Assembly: GCA_024636515.1 (NCBI GenBank)
Contig: JAGXGX010000147.1
Location: 1-50,583 of the forward strand
Direction of reading: 5' to 3'
Source of the DNA: Roseovarius sp.
Lineage (GTDB): Bacteria; Pseudomonadota; Alphaproteobacteria; Rhodobacterales; Rhodobacteraceae
DNA length: 50,583 bases
The notes below the pieces were generated by a model. The model did no database searches, was not told the origin of the DNA, and was given only the letters and a program-made list of their open reading frames with translations. This document shows, one piece after another, positions 10,043 through 21,070 of the stretch (position 1 is its first letter; the number at the start of each line of letters is the position of its first letter). Position numbers and translations under genes: made by a program.

Positions 10043-10819
10043 ATGGCCTATGAGACGATCATCGTCGAAGTGGAAGACCACATCGCGCAAATCACGCTCA
10101 ACCGCCCTGATGCGCTTAATGCGCTGAACGAACAGTTGCTGGGCGAATTGGTCACTGCGCTGCAGGAGGCACAGGATAACGACAAGGTGCGCTGCATCAT
10201 ACTGACCGGATCGGACAAGGCATTCGCCGCTGGCGCCGACGTCAAGATGATGGCCGGCAAAAGTTTCGTCGAGATGTCCTCGGAGGATTTCTTTGGCGCG
10301 CAGCACGACGCGATCACCCGTATCCGCAAGCCAATCATTGCCGCCGTTTCGGGCTATGCGCTGGGCGGTGGATGCGAATTGGCGATGATGTGCGACTTCA
10401 TTATTGCGTCTGATACCGCTAAATTTGGCCAGCCTGAGATTAATCTGGGCATCATGGCAGGCCTTGGCGGATCGCAGCGCCTGACCCGTTTCATTGGCAA
10501 AGCCAAGGCGATGGACATGAACCTGACGGGCCGTTTCATGGATGCAGACGAGGCCGAGCGTTCGGGGCTGGTCAGCCGCGTCGTCCCGGTCAAAAAGCTG
10601 AACGAGGAAGCCCGGACGGCAGCAGGCAAGATCGCCGAGAAGTCGATGATTTCGGTCATGGCCGTCAAGGAGGCGGTCAACCGCAGCTATGAGTCGACGT
10701 TGGCCGAGGGCCTCTTGTTCGAGCGGCGCGTATTCCATTCGCTATTCGCGACCGAGGATCAGTCCGAGGGCATGGCCGCATTCAAGGAAAAGCGGCAGGC
10801 ACAGTTCCGCGACAAGTAA
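10043..10819 (+). CDS. Enoyl-CoA hydratase (crotonase family)
   Basis: [38 protein letters not shown]. Confidence 0.95.
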   Translation: MAYETIIVEVEDHIAQITLNRPDALNALNEQLLGELVTALQEAQDNDKVRCIILTGSDKAFAAGADVKMMAGKSFVEMSSEDFFGAQHDAITRIRKPIIAAVSGYALGGGCELAMMCDFIIASDTAKFGQPEINLGIMAGLGGSQRLTRFIGKAKAMDMNLTGRFMDADEAERSGLVSRVVPVKKLNEEARTAAGKIAEKSMISVMAVKEAVNRSYESTLAEGLLFERRVFHSLFATEDQSEGMAAFKEKRQAQFRDK

Positions 10820-11223
10820 TTCTGCGGGATAAAGCTAAGCTGGGTACAAAAGGCTGCCACGCCGATCTGTGACGTAGCGGGCGTCGGTTGCACCCCTCAC
10901 GGTTCAGGGCTCGCCCTGCGGCGGATACCCAAGCCGCCGCTAGGCATTGTTAGCCCCTGGATGGTGCCGTAGGTCGGCTAGTCGCCAGCCTTTTTTAGGC
11001 CCACGTGAGCATAGCTAACTAATGCTTAGAAACGTGGAAGGACGGCGGGCGCGGCTATGGTGCTGGGCGCTTGCAATTCCGCCGTTTCCGCCTTAGTGAC
11101 CTCCATCATACATGCGCGCGATGCCCGCTCAGGCAAGAATCACTTTGGATCTGTCCAAAGTCCCGGTCTGGCGTTGGCGCGCTTTCATATTCGATACCGA
11201 ACCAGATTAAGGAAACGATTCTC

Positions 11224-11493
11224 ATGGCCAATACGCCACAGTCAAAGAAACGCGCACGTCAGAACGATGCGCGCCAGGCCGTCAACAAGACACGCCGTTC
11301 GCGCATTCGCACTTACCTTCGCAAGGTCGAAGAGGCGATCGCCTCGGGCGATCAAGAGGCCGCAACCGCAGCCCTGCGCGAGGCACAGCCGGAACTGATG
11401 CGCGGCGTATCGCGCGGCATTTTTCACAAGAATACGGCCTCGCGCAAGATGTCGCGCCTGTCGAGCCGCGTAAAAGCGCTGGGCAAAGCCTGA
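11224..11493 (+). CDS. rpsT: 30S ribosomal protein S20
   Basis: [13 protein letters not shown]...[12 protein letters not shown]; AAGGA RBS. Confidence 0.98.
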   Translation: MANTPQSKKRARQNDARQAVNKTRRSRIRTYLRKVEEAIASGDQEAATAALREAQPELMRGVSRGIFHKNTASRKMSRLSSRVKALGKA

Positions 11494-11533
11494 TATCGCC
11501 CTAAGGGCGCGTAAGCTCCTGACCACTATGCTT

Positions 11534-11562
11534 AAAAAGGCGTCCCTTACGGGGCGCCTTTT
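11534..11562. terminator. Intrinsic (probably bidirectional) terminator after rpsT
   Basis: AAAAAGGCGTCCC-TTAC-GGGGCGCCTTTT. Confidence 0.8.
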
Positions 11563-11592
11563 GCCTTTTGATTAACGGATTTATCCCCGGGA

Positions 11593-11922
11593 GATTCTTT
11601 TCCCGCAAAATCAGAGTCAAGGCATAAGATCGGTTGCCGCATCGCTCTCGACCTTGCTAACTTGGTCCTACGATTCACGCTTGGGGGGACAGGCTGATTC
11701 CGGTGGCGGGCCTTTGGGGGGTCATGCCGCGAGGGAGTCATTTCGGGCAAAGCCCGGCATGTCCAAATAAAGCATACCGACGATCTTCGCGGGGGGAGGG
11801 CTGTTTTGGCTCGCCATTTCACGGATATCGTTTAGCGCCATCGTCCGCCCGTTTGGGTCGGATGCGTCTGCCGGATTTCCATCCGGCGGGACGTGATGGG
11901 TATGCTTTTTGGCTGTGGATCG
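11593..11922 (+). promoter_or_regulatory. dnaA upstream control region: GANTC cluster and DnaA-box-like site
   Basis: GANTC at 11593, 11614, 11672, 11696 and 11735. TGTGGATCG (reverse complement CGATCCACA) at 11914-11922. Confidence 0.5.
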
Positions 11923-11994
11923 CACCGACTGTGCGAGGTCTGAGGTGATCTTGCGCGAAATTGAAATGACTAAGAGCCGCGGAAGCAGGAACGC

Positions 11995-13350
11995 ATGACA
12001 AAAGATCAATGGGGCCAACTCAAGCAGGACCTTCTCAAGACGATCGGCAAGAGCAACTACAAAAGCTGGATTGAGCCGCTTGAGCTGTCACATGTGGATG
12101 AGGGCGTTGCGACCTTCGCGGTTCCCACCAGCTTTGTCGGCAACTACGTTTCGCAGAAATATGGCGACCAGATTCTCTATCATGCGCAGGGCATCTCGCC
12201 TGAGATCCGCCGCGTGCATTTTCAAGTGCCCGCTAATCAGGCCCGCCGCCCTGCCGCCGCCCCGCGCGCCGCGGCCAAGATAGAAGCCATGCCGAAGCAT
12301 GACTCGGGCATCCCGGCTGCTCCGCTGGACCGGCGCTTTACGTTCGATACCTTTGTCGTGGGCAAGCCCAATGAGCTGGCCCATGCAGCGGCCAAGCGCG
12401 TTGCCAGCGGCGGGCCGGTTACGTTCAACCCGCTCTTCCTTTATGGCGGCGTGGGCTTGGGTAAAACGCACCTGATGCATGCCATCGCGTGGGAGCTGTC
12501 ACAGCGCCAGCCAGAGCTGAATGTCGTTTACTTGTCGGCCGAGCAGTTCATGTACCGGTTCGTGTCGGCCTTGCGCGAACGCAAGATGATGGATTTCAAA
12601 TCCATGTTCCGCTCGGTCGATGTGCTGATGGTCGACGATGTGCAATTCATCGCCGGCAAGGACAGCACACAAGAGGAGTTTTTCCATACGTTCAACGCAC
12701 TGGTCGACGGCGGCAAGCAGATCATCATTTCTGCCGACCGCGCACCGGGCGAGATTGAAAATCTGGAAGAACGCATCAAATCGCGCCTGCAATGCGGTCT
12801 TGTCGTTGATCTGCACCCCACCAATTACGAACTGCGCCTCGGCATCTTGCAATCCAAGGTCGAGTATTACCGCGCGCAGTATCCCGGCCTTGTGCTGGTA
12901 GATGGCGTGCTGGAATTTCTGGCTATGCGGATCACCAAGAACGTCCGCGTTCTGGAAGGCGCGCTGACGCGGCTGTTTGCCTTCGCTTCCCTTGTCGGAC
13001 ACGAAATCACGCTGGAACTGACGCAGGACTGCCTCGCCGACGTGTTGCGTAGCAGCGAGCGCCAAGTGACCATCGAGGAAATTCAGCGCCAGGTCTCGGA
13101 TCACTACAACATCCGTCTTAGCGACCTCATCGGACCCAAGCGGGTGCGCATCTTTGCCCGCCCTCGCCAAGTCGCGATGTACCTCAGCAAACAGATGACT
13201 TCGCGCAGCCTGCCGGAGATCGGGCGCCGCTTTGGTGGGCGCGATCACACTACGGTCATGCACGGGGTCCGCCGCATCGATGAACTGCGGATTGCAGATA
13301 ACCAGATCGCCGAAGATATCGACCTGCTGCGCCGCACCCTAGAGGCGTGA
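11995..13350 (+). CDS. dnaA: Chromosomal replication initiator DnaA
   Basis: FDTFVVGKPN, NPLFLYGGVGLGKTHL, DDVQF, QEEFFHTFN, RDHTTVMH. Confidence 0.99.
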   Translation: MTKDQWGQLKQDLLKTIGKSNYKSWIEPLELSHVDEGVATFAVPTSFVGNYVSQKYGDQILYHAQGISPEIRRVHFQVPANQARRPAAAPRAAAKIEAMPKHDSGIPAAPLDRRFTFDTFVVGKPNELAHAAAKRVASGGPVTFNPLFLYGGVGLGKTHLMHAIAWELSQRQPELNVVYLSAEQFMYRFVSALRERKMMDFKSMFRSVDVLMVDDVQFIAGKDSTQEEFFHTFNALVDGGKQIIISADRAPGEIENLEERIKSRLQCGLVVDLHPTNYELRLGILQSKVEYYRAQYPGLVLVDGVLEFLAMRITKNVRVLEGALTRLFAFASLVGHEITLELTQDCLADVLRSSERQVTIEEIQRQVSDHYNIRLSDLIGPKRVRIFARPRQVAMYLSKQMTSRSLPEIGRRFGGRDHTTVMHGVRRIDELRIADNQIAEDIDLLRRTLEA

Positions 13351-13474
13351 GGCGGAAGGGATTGACCGGCTTGCTATTCCAGCCCAAAAAGCGAACAAAT
13401 GACTTGCACAGCAAGGCGGTGTTGATACCGTGCCACTCCCGGCGCGGCGCCGGCGCCTTTTAGGGAGTATCGGC

Positions 13475-14593
13475 ATGAAGCTCAGCATCGAACGTGGAAC
13501 ACTGCTCAAGGCCGTCGCGCAGGCGCAATCGGTCGTGGAGCGGCGCAATACGATCCCGATCCTCGCCAACGTGCTGATTGAGGCCGAGGGCAATACCGTC
13601 AGCTTTCGCGCAACTGATCTGGATATTGAAGTCACAGACAAGGCCACCGCGCAAGTCGAACGGCCCGGCGCGACGACTGTATCTGCTGTCACCTTGCACG
13701 AAATCGTGCGCAAGCTGCCCGACGGCGCGCTGGTCACACTAATCGATGACAGCGCCGCAGGCCGCCTGACGGTTGAGGCCGGCCGGTCGAACTTCAATCT
13801 TGCTACGCTGCCAAAAGAGGATTTCCCGGTGATGGCGTCGTCCGAGTACGCCTGCAACTTCTCGGCCAAGGCGCCGGTGCTGCGACGGCTGTTCGACAAG
13901 TCGAAATTCGCCATCTCTACCGAGGAAACCCGCTATTATCTGAACGGCGTCTATATGCACGTCTCGGACGCGGAAAGCGGCAAGGTGCTACGCTGCGTTG
14001 CGACGGACGGTCATCGCCTCGCGCGCATCGATGCCGAACTGCCCGAGGACGCAACGGACATGCCGGGCGTGATCGTGCCGCGCAAGACGGTGGGCGAGCT
14101 GCGCAAGCTGCTGGAAGACGATGATATGATGATCGCGGTGTCGGTCAGTGAGACCAAGATCCGTTTCGCCACCCCGAACCTGACACTAACATCCAAAGTG
14201 ATTGATGGAACGTTCCCCGATTACACCCGCGTCATCCCGCAGGGCAACACCCGAAGGATGGAAGTGGACGCTGCCGAATTTGCTCAAGCTGTCGACCGTG
14301 TGGCGACCGTGAGTTCCGAACGCTCGCGCGCGGTCAAGCTATCGCTGGACGAAGATCGCCTGATCCTGTCGGTCAACGCGCCCGATAGCGGCGCCGCCGA
14401 GGAGGAACTGGCCGTCGCGTACGCTGACGAAAAGCTGGAGATCGGATTTAACGCCAAATACCTACTGGAGATTGCCTCTCAGGTGGATCGCGAAAACGCG
14501 GTGTTCCTGTTCAATTCCGCCGGCGATCCCACGTTGATGCGGGAGGGCAATGACCTGAGTGCCGTCTACGTCGTCATGCCGATGCGCGTGTGA
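13475..14593 (+). CDS. dnaN: DNA polymerase III beta clamp
   Basis: ATDLD, EETRYYLNG, ATDGHRL, FPDY and C-terminal VVMPMRV; GGGAG RBS. Confidence 0.99.
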   Translation: MKLSIERGTLLKAVAQAQSVVERRNTIPILANVLIEAEGNTVSFRATDLDIEVTDKATAQVERPGATTVSAVTLHEIVRKLPDGALVTLIDDSAAGRLTVEAGRSNFNLATLPKEDFPVMASSEYACNFSAKAPVLRRLFDKSKFAISTEETRYYLNGVYMHVSDAESGKVLRCVATDGHRLARIDAELPEDATDMPGVIVPRKTVGELRKLLEDDDMMIAVSVSETKIRFATPNLTLTSKVIDGTFPDYTRVIPQGNTRRMEVDAAEFAQAVDRVATVSSERSRAVKLSLDEDRLILSVNAPDSGAAEEELAVAYADEKLEIGFNAKYLLEIASQVDRENAVFLFNSAGDPTLMREGNDLSAVYVVMPMRV

Positions 14594-14638
14594 CGCCGCC
14601 CGAATTTTGAGCAGTTCTGAAAATATGAAAGGCTGGGC

Positions 14639-15742
14639 ATGACGGGACTTTACCTGTCATCGCTCGGCCTTTCGCATTTTCGCTCGCACAAGTCGGCGCG
14701 GCTTGCCTTGGATGCACGTCCGATTGCGATCCATGGACCTAACGGCGCGGGCAAGACCAACCTGATCGAGGCGGTATCGCTTTTCTCTCCGGGGCGCGGG
14801 CTGCGCCGTGCGTCGGCACTGGATATGATGCGGCGACCCGAGGCGCTGGGTTGGAAGCTGTCAGGCGTCTTGCACTCGTTGGATATCAGCCGCGAGGTCG
14901 TGATCTGGGCCGAGGATGGTGGCGCGCGGCAAGTGCGCATCGACGATAAGGTAGCGCCGCAACTGGCGTTGGGACGCATCGCGCGCGTGCTGTGGCTGGT
15001 GCCTTCGATGGACCGCCTCTGGATAGAAGGGGCCGAAGGACGGCGACGCTTTTTGGACCGCGTTACGATGAGCTTCCTTCCTTCACACGCAGAGGCGGTG
15101 CTGGATTTTGACAAGGCTATGCGCGAGCGCAATCGTCTGCTGAAGGATCAGGTGCGAGACGCCCATTGGTATCAGGCGCTCGAGGCACAAATGTCCCGCA
15201 GCGGTGCCCAAATCGACGCAGGTCGGCGCGCCGCGCTGGTGGAATTGCACCGTGCGCAAGGCGAGGCCGAGACGGCCTTTCCCGTCGCCGAGCTGGAGCT
15301 GACAGCGACCGACGGCGAAATGCCGGGCAGCGAGGATGATTACCGCGCCGCGCTCGCCGAAAGCCGGTTTCGCGATTTGATGGCGGGGCGCACATTGGTT
15401 GGGCCGCACCGGGCGGACTTGCATGGCGTGTATGCGGACAAAGGCGTGCCTGCGCGCGATTGCTCAACCGGTGAGCAAAAGGCGCTGCTTGTGTCGCTGA
15501 TCCTGGCCAATGCGCGGGCGCTTGCCAAATCATTCGGCGCGCCCCCCATACTGCTGCTGGACGAGGTGGCCGCGCATCTGGATGCTGGTCGCCGCGCCGC
15601 GCTTTATGACGAGGTTTGCGCACTTGGTGCGCAGGCGTGGATGACAGGAACGGGACCTGAACTCTTTGCAGAACTTGGCGCGCGGGCCCAGCATATCGAG
15701 GTGACGGACGACGCCGGAAGCTCGCACGTCACGCCTTTGTAG
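14639..15742 (+). CDS. recF: DNA replication/repair protein RecF
   Basis: GPNGAGKTN, RRRFLDR, GPHRADL, STGEQK, LLLDEVAAHLD. Confidence 0.98.
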   Translation: MTGLYLSSLGLSHFRSHKSARLALDARPIAIHGPNGAGKTNLIEAVSLFSPGRGLRRASALDMMRRPEALGWKLSGVLHSLDISREVVIWAEDGGARQVRIDDKVAPQLALGRIARVLWLVPSMDRLWIEGAEGRRRFLDRVTMSFLPSHAEAVLDFDKAMRERNRLLKDQVRDAHWYQALEAQMSRSGAQIDAGRRAALVELHRAQGEAETAFPVAELELTATDGEMPGSEDDYRAALAESRFRDLMAGRTLVGPHRADLHGVYADKGVPARDCSTGEQKALLVSLILANARALAKSFGAPPILLLDEVAAHLDAGRRAALYDEVCALGAQAWMTGTGPELFAELGARAQHIEVTDDAGSSHVTPL

Positions 15743-15766
15743 TGCCGGGCGGAAATCGGCGGATAG

Positions 15767-18244
<2,478 letters not shown>

Positions 18245-18300
18245 GGCAGGCAGTTGTGATTTGGGCGCTTAACTTAAGTTGAGTTCACATGCTTGGCGTT

Positions 18301-18326
18301 CTGCAAAGATTGCCAAGTTTTGCCAG
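18301..18326 (+). promoter_or_regulatory. TTGCCAA-like tandem repeats (candidate DeoR operator 1)
   Basis: CTGCAAA-GA-TTGCCAA-GTT-TTGCCAG; the last two units have a 10-bp period. Confidence 0.45.
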
Positions 18327-18463
18327 AATCAGGCTAGGTTTTAGCGGCAAACTGTGGTTTGTTGCAAGCTTGTAGCAGGTTAGCGGGCTTTATCTGCATG
18401 GGTTTTTAAGATGACCTGAACCGCGAATATGCGGGTCCACGAACGAGCCGGAAAGGCTAAGGC

Positions 18464-20137
18464 ATGGCGATCCTCAGCTTCATCCTCAACCTGGCAGGCG
18501 CCACCATGCTGCTGCTCTTTGCGGTGCGGATGGTGCGCACCGGGATTGAGCGTAGTTTTGGCGCGCAATTCCAACGCTGGCTGACCGAAAGCACAAGTCT
18601 TATTGGCTCTGGCGCAACCGGAGTGATGCTGGCACTGATCTTGCAAAGTTCGGCGGCGGTAGCCCTATTAACGTCCGGTTTTGCGGCGGCGGGTTACCTC
18701 GCCTTTCCGGCAGGATTGGCGGTGGTTCTGGGCGGTGATCTGGGATCTGCCCTGATTATTCAGGTCTTGTCATTTAGGCTTGATTGGCTGGTGCCGCTCT
18801 TGCTGACGATCGGTGGCTGGCTCTTTATCAAGACCGAAGGGCGCCGGTGGAGGCAGGCCGGGCGCATCCTGATGGGCGTCGCGTTCATCCTTATTTCGCT
18901 GCAATTGCTTCGCCAAACGATGGAGCCGATCAAGGATAGCGCGTTCCTTCCTGCCATCGCCGAGTATCTAGCGCGTGATTTTATCACTGCGTTTCTCGTG
19001 GGCGCCGCGCTAGCATTCGTCATGCATTCCAGCGTCGCGGCGATCCTGATGTGCGTCACATTGGTCCATATCGGTGCGATCCCCTTTGCCGCCGGCCTAT
19101 CGCTGGTGCTGGGCGCAAATCTGGGCAGTGCGGGGATCCCCGTCTATCTGACGCGTGGAATGGGCGTGGAGGGACGGCGCATACCCGTGGCCAACATGAT
19201 CTTGCGCGGAACATGGGCACTCACTGCGCTCTTGGTGATAAATCTGGGATTCGATCCATCGCACCTGCTGTTCGTATCGCCCGGGCAGTCGTTGATTTAC
19301 GCTCATATCGCGTTCAACCTGTCGCTGCTGATCGTCGCGCTACCGCTCTGCCGCCCGTTGGCGCGACCGCTCGCTGCGATGATGGCTGCCGAGGCACGCC
19401 CCCCGACAGAGCAGCATGACGAGATCAGCGTACTGGACCCAAGCGTGTTGGACACGCCGCAACTGGCGATCGCGGGCCTCAAGCGCGAGCTTCTGCGCAT
19501 GATGGGGCTGGTAGAGCGGATGTTCCTGCCCATCCAGTCCCTCTACGAGGCACCGGACAAAATGCGGATGCGCGCGATCAAGCTGCAGGACAACATAGTC
19601 AACGCAGCCCTGCTTGAGATTCGGCGCTACGTCGCCGACATTCCGCAGGAAAAATACTCCAAGGACGAGGCCAAGACCGTGCGTAGCCTCATGGAATACG
19701 CGATCCGGCTGGAGGCTGCGGGCGATCTGGTGTCGGGCCAATTCCTGCGCACGGTGGCGGAAAAGCGGGACGAAAACGTGCATCTGTCCAGCGACGGCTG
19801 GTCAGAACTGGTTCACATGTTTGAGGCTGTGCGCGCTAATTTCAAGCTGGCCGGCAACGTTCTAATCTCGGACGACCTTGAGAGCGCGCGATTGCTAGTC
19901 ATGGAAAAGACCGAGATTAAGCAAGTGGAGCGGCGCAGTCGCAAGCGCCACCTTCAGCGCCTGTCTGAGGGCCGCTCCGATAGCTTCGGCTCTAGCGATG
20001 TGCACTTGGAAACCCTGCGTGCGCTGCGTGATTTGAATGGCCATGTCTCCGCAGTGGCGTATCCCATCCTTTATCGCAACGGTCAGCTTTTAGAGACGCG
20101 CCTGATCCAGAACATGGAAGAGGACCGCGACGACTGA
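18464..20137 (+). CDS. Na/Pi-cotransporter family protein (YjbB-like, C-terminal PhoU-like domain)
   Basis: Duplicated QSSAAV/HSSVAA and GGDLGS/GANLGS motifs, a hydrophobic N-terminal half, and a soluble helical C-terminus ending HLETLRALRDLNGH. Confidence 0.9.
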   Translation: MAILSFILNLAGATMLLLFAVRMVRTGIERSFGAQFQRWLTESTSLIGSGATGVMLALILQSSAAVALLTSGFAAAGYLAFPAGLAVVLGGDLGSALIIQVLSFRLDWLVPLLLTIGGWLFIKTEGRRWRQAGRILMGVAFILISLQLLRQTMEPIKDSAFLPAIAEYLARDFITAFLVGAALAFVMHSSVAAILMCVTLVHIGAIPFAAGLSLVLGANLGSAGIPVYLTRGMGVEGRRIPVANMILRGTWALTALLVINLGFDPSHLLFVSPGQSLIYAHIAFNLSLLIVALPLCRPLARPLAAMMAAEARPPTEQHDEISVLDPSVLDTPQLAIAGLKRELLRMMGLVERMFLPIQSLYEAPDKMRMRAIKLQDNIVNAALLEIRRYVADIPQEKYSKDEAKTVRSLMEYAIRLEAAGDLVSGQFLRTVAEKRDENVHLSSDGWSELVHMFEAVRANFKLAGNVLISDDLESARLLVMEKTEIKQVERRSRKRHLQRLSEGRSDSFGSSDVHLETLRALRDLNGHVSAVAYPILYRNGQLLETRLIQNMEEDRDD

Positions 20138-20167
20138 TCGGTTTCAGTGGCCTCCCGCTGAACGGAC

Positions 20168-20184
20168 TTGGCGAGAGTTGGCAT
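20168..20184 (-). promoter_or_regulatory. Candidate DeoR operator 2
   Basis: The minus strand reads ATGCCAA-CTC-TCGCCAA (10-bp period), just upstream of the DeoR gene. Confidence 0.4.
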
Positions 20185-20217
20185 AACTTGTGGCGCAATC
20201 AAAGAAGGAGCGATGCC

Positions 20218-20988
20218 ATGCTACCATCCCAGCGTCATCAGGTCATTCTGCACCGCGTCGCCGCGCAGCCAGCTGTCACGATTCGCGAATTAACCACATC
20301 GCTCGGCGTAAGCCGCGAAACTGTGCGCAAGGATATTGAGCAATTGGCCGCTGAAAACCGGCTGTTGCAGGTGCGCGGCGGAGCCACACGTATCCTAACG
20401 GCAGAGCCGCCATCGCAAATGCGCGCGGCGACAAACCGTGAGGGCAAGGCCCGCATTGCCGCGCATGTTGCGGGCCTGATCGCAGATGGTGCGAGCCTGT
20501 TTATTGATAATGGATCGACCACGCTGGCGGTCGCGCTCGCAATCGCGCAGCGGCGGCTGGGACTGATTGTATACACTAACGACTTGAAAATAGCTGAGAT
20601 TTTAGCGCCTGCTGCGCGTGAGGTGACGGTTCTGGGCGGTCGCCTTGACCCTGCTGAAACGGCAACGTTCGGCATCGAAACGTTGGAACATCTGGCACGG
20701 TACCGCGCCGAATATGCCTTGATCGGTGCGGGCGGAATCAGTGCGCGGGCACTCTTTACTGACTTTTCGCGCGAGGCTGCGGAAATGCGGCTGCGGATGA
20801 TGCGCCAGACCGAAGAGGCGCTGATACTAACTGATAGCAGCAAGTTCGGTGAGGTGGGGCAAGTGGTGCTTGGCCCACTGCCAAAGGGCGCGCGCATGAT
20901 CACTGATATGGCACCACCCGAGGAGATTGCCGCAGCACTTAACGCCGCATCCGTAGGTGTGGATGTTGCGAGCGCGGAAAGTGAATAG
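20218..20988 (+). CDS. DeoR/GlpR-family transcriptional regulator
   Basis: HTH LGVSRETVRKDI...VRGGA; sensor domain KARIA, FIDNGSTT, DSSKFG; AGGAG RBS before ATG20218. Confidence 0.93.
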   Translation: MLPSQRHQVILHRVAAQPAVTIRELTTSLGVSRETVRKDIEQLAAENRLLQVRGGATRILTAEPPSQMRAATNREGKARIAAHVAGLIADGASLFIDNGSTTLAVALAIAQRRLGLIVYTNDLKIAEILAPAAREVTVLGGRLDPAETATFGIETLEHLARYRAEYALIGAGGISARALFTDFSREAAEMRLRMMRQTEEALILTDSSKFGEVGQVVLGPLPKGARMITDMAPPEEIAAALNAASVGVDVASAESE

Positions 20989-21001
20989 CCAGAAAAGAAA
21001 G

Positions 21002-21021
21002 ATATTGCCAAATATTGCAAA
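21002..21021 (+). promoter_or_regulatory. Candidate DeoR operator 3
   Basis: ATATTGCCAA-ATATTGCAAA, a near-perfect 10-bp tandem repeat about 50 bp upstream of ATG21071. Confidence 0.5.
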
Positions 21022-21070
21022 GTAGAATTAGGATCGGCGTAGTTTCCCATTTTCCATCTGGAGCCAGCCG

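Noticed and set aside
10832-11017. 6S RNA, tRNA or riboswitch identity for the fold-back element
   Set aside because: No cloverleaf or recognisable aptamer consensus, and not the usual 6S context. Kept only as an unidentified structure.
11572-11586. CtrA box upstream of dnaA
   Set aside because: Only a TTAA half-site; the second half at N7 spacing does not match.
11494-11994. oriC between rpsT and dnaA
   Set aside because: Only one or two degenerate DnaA boxes and no AT-rich unwinding element. Alphaproteobacterial origins are often unlinked to dnaA. Treated as a promoter region.
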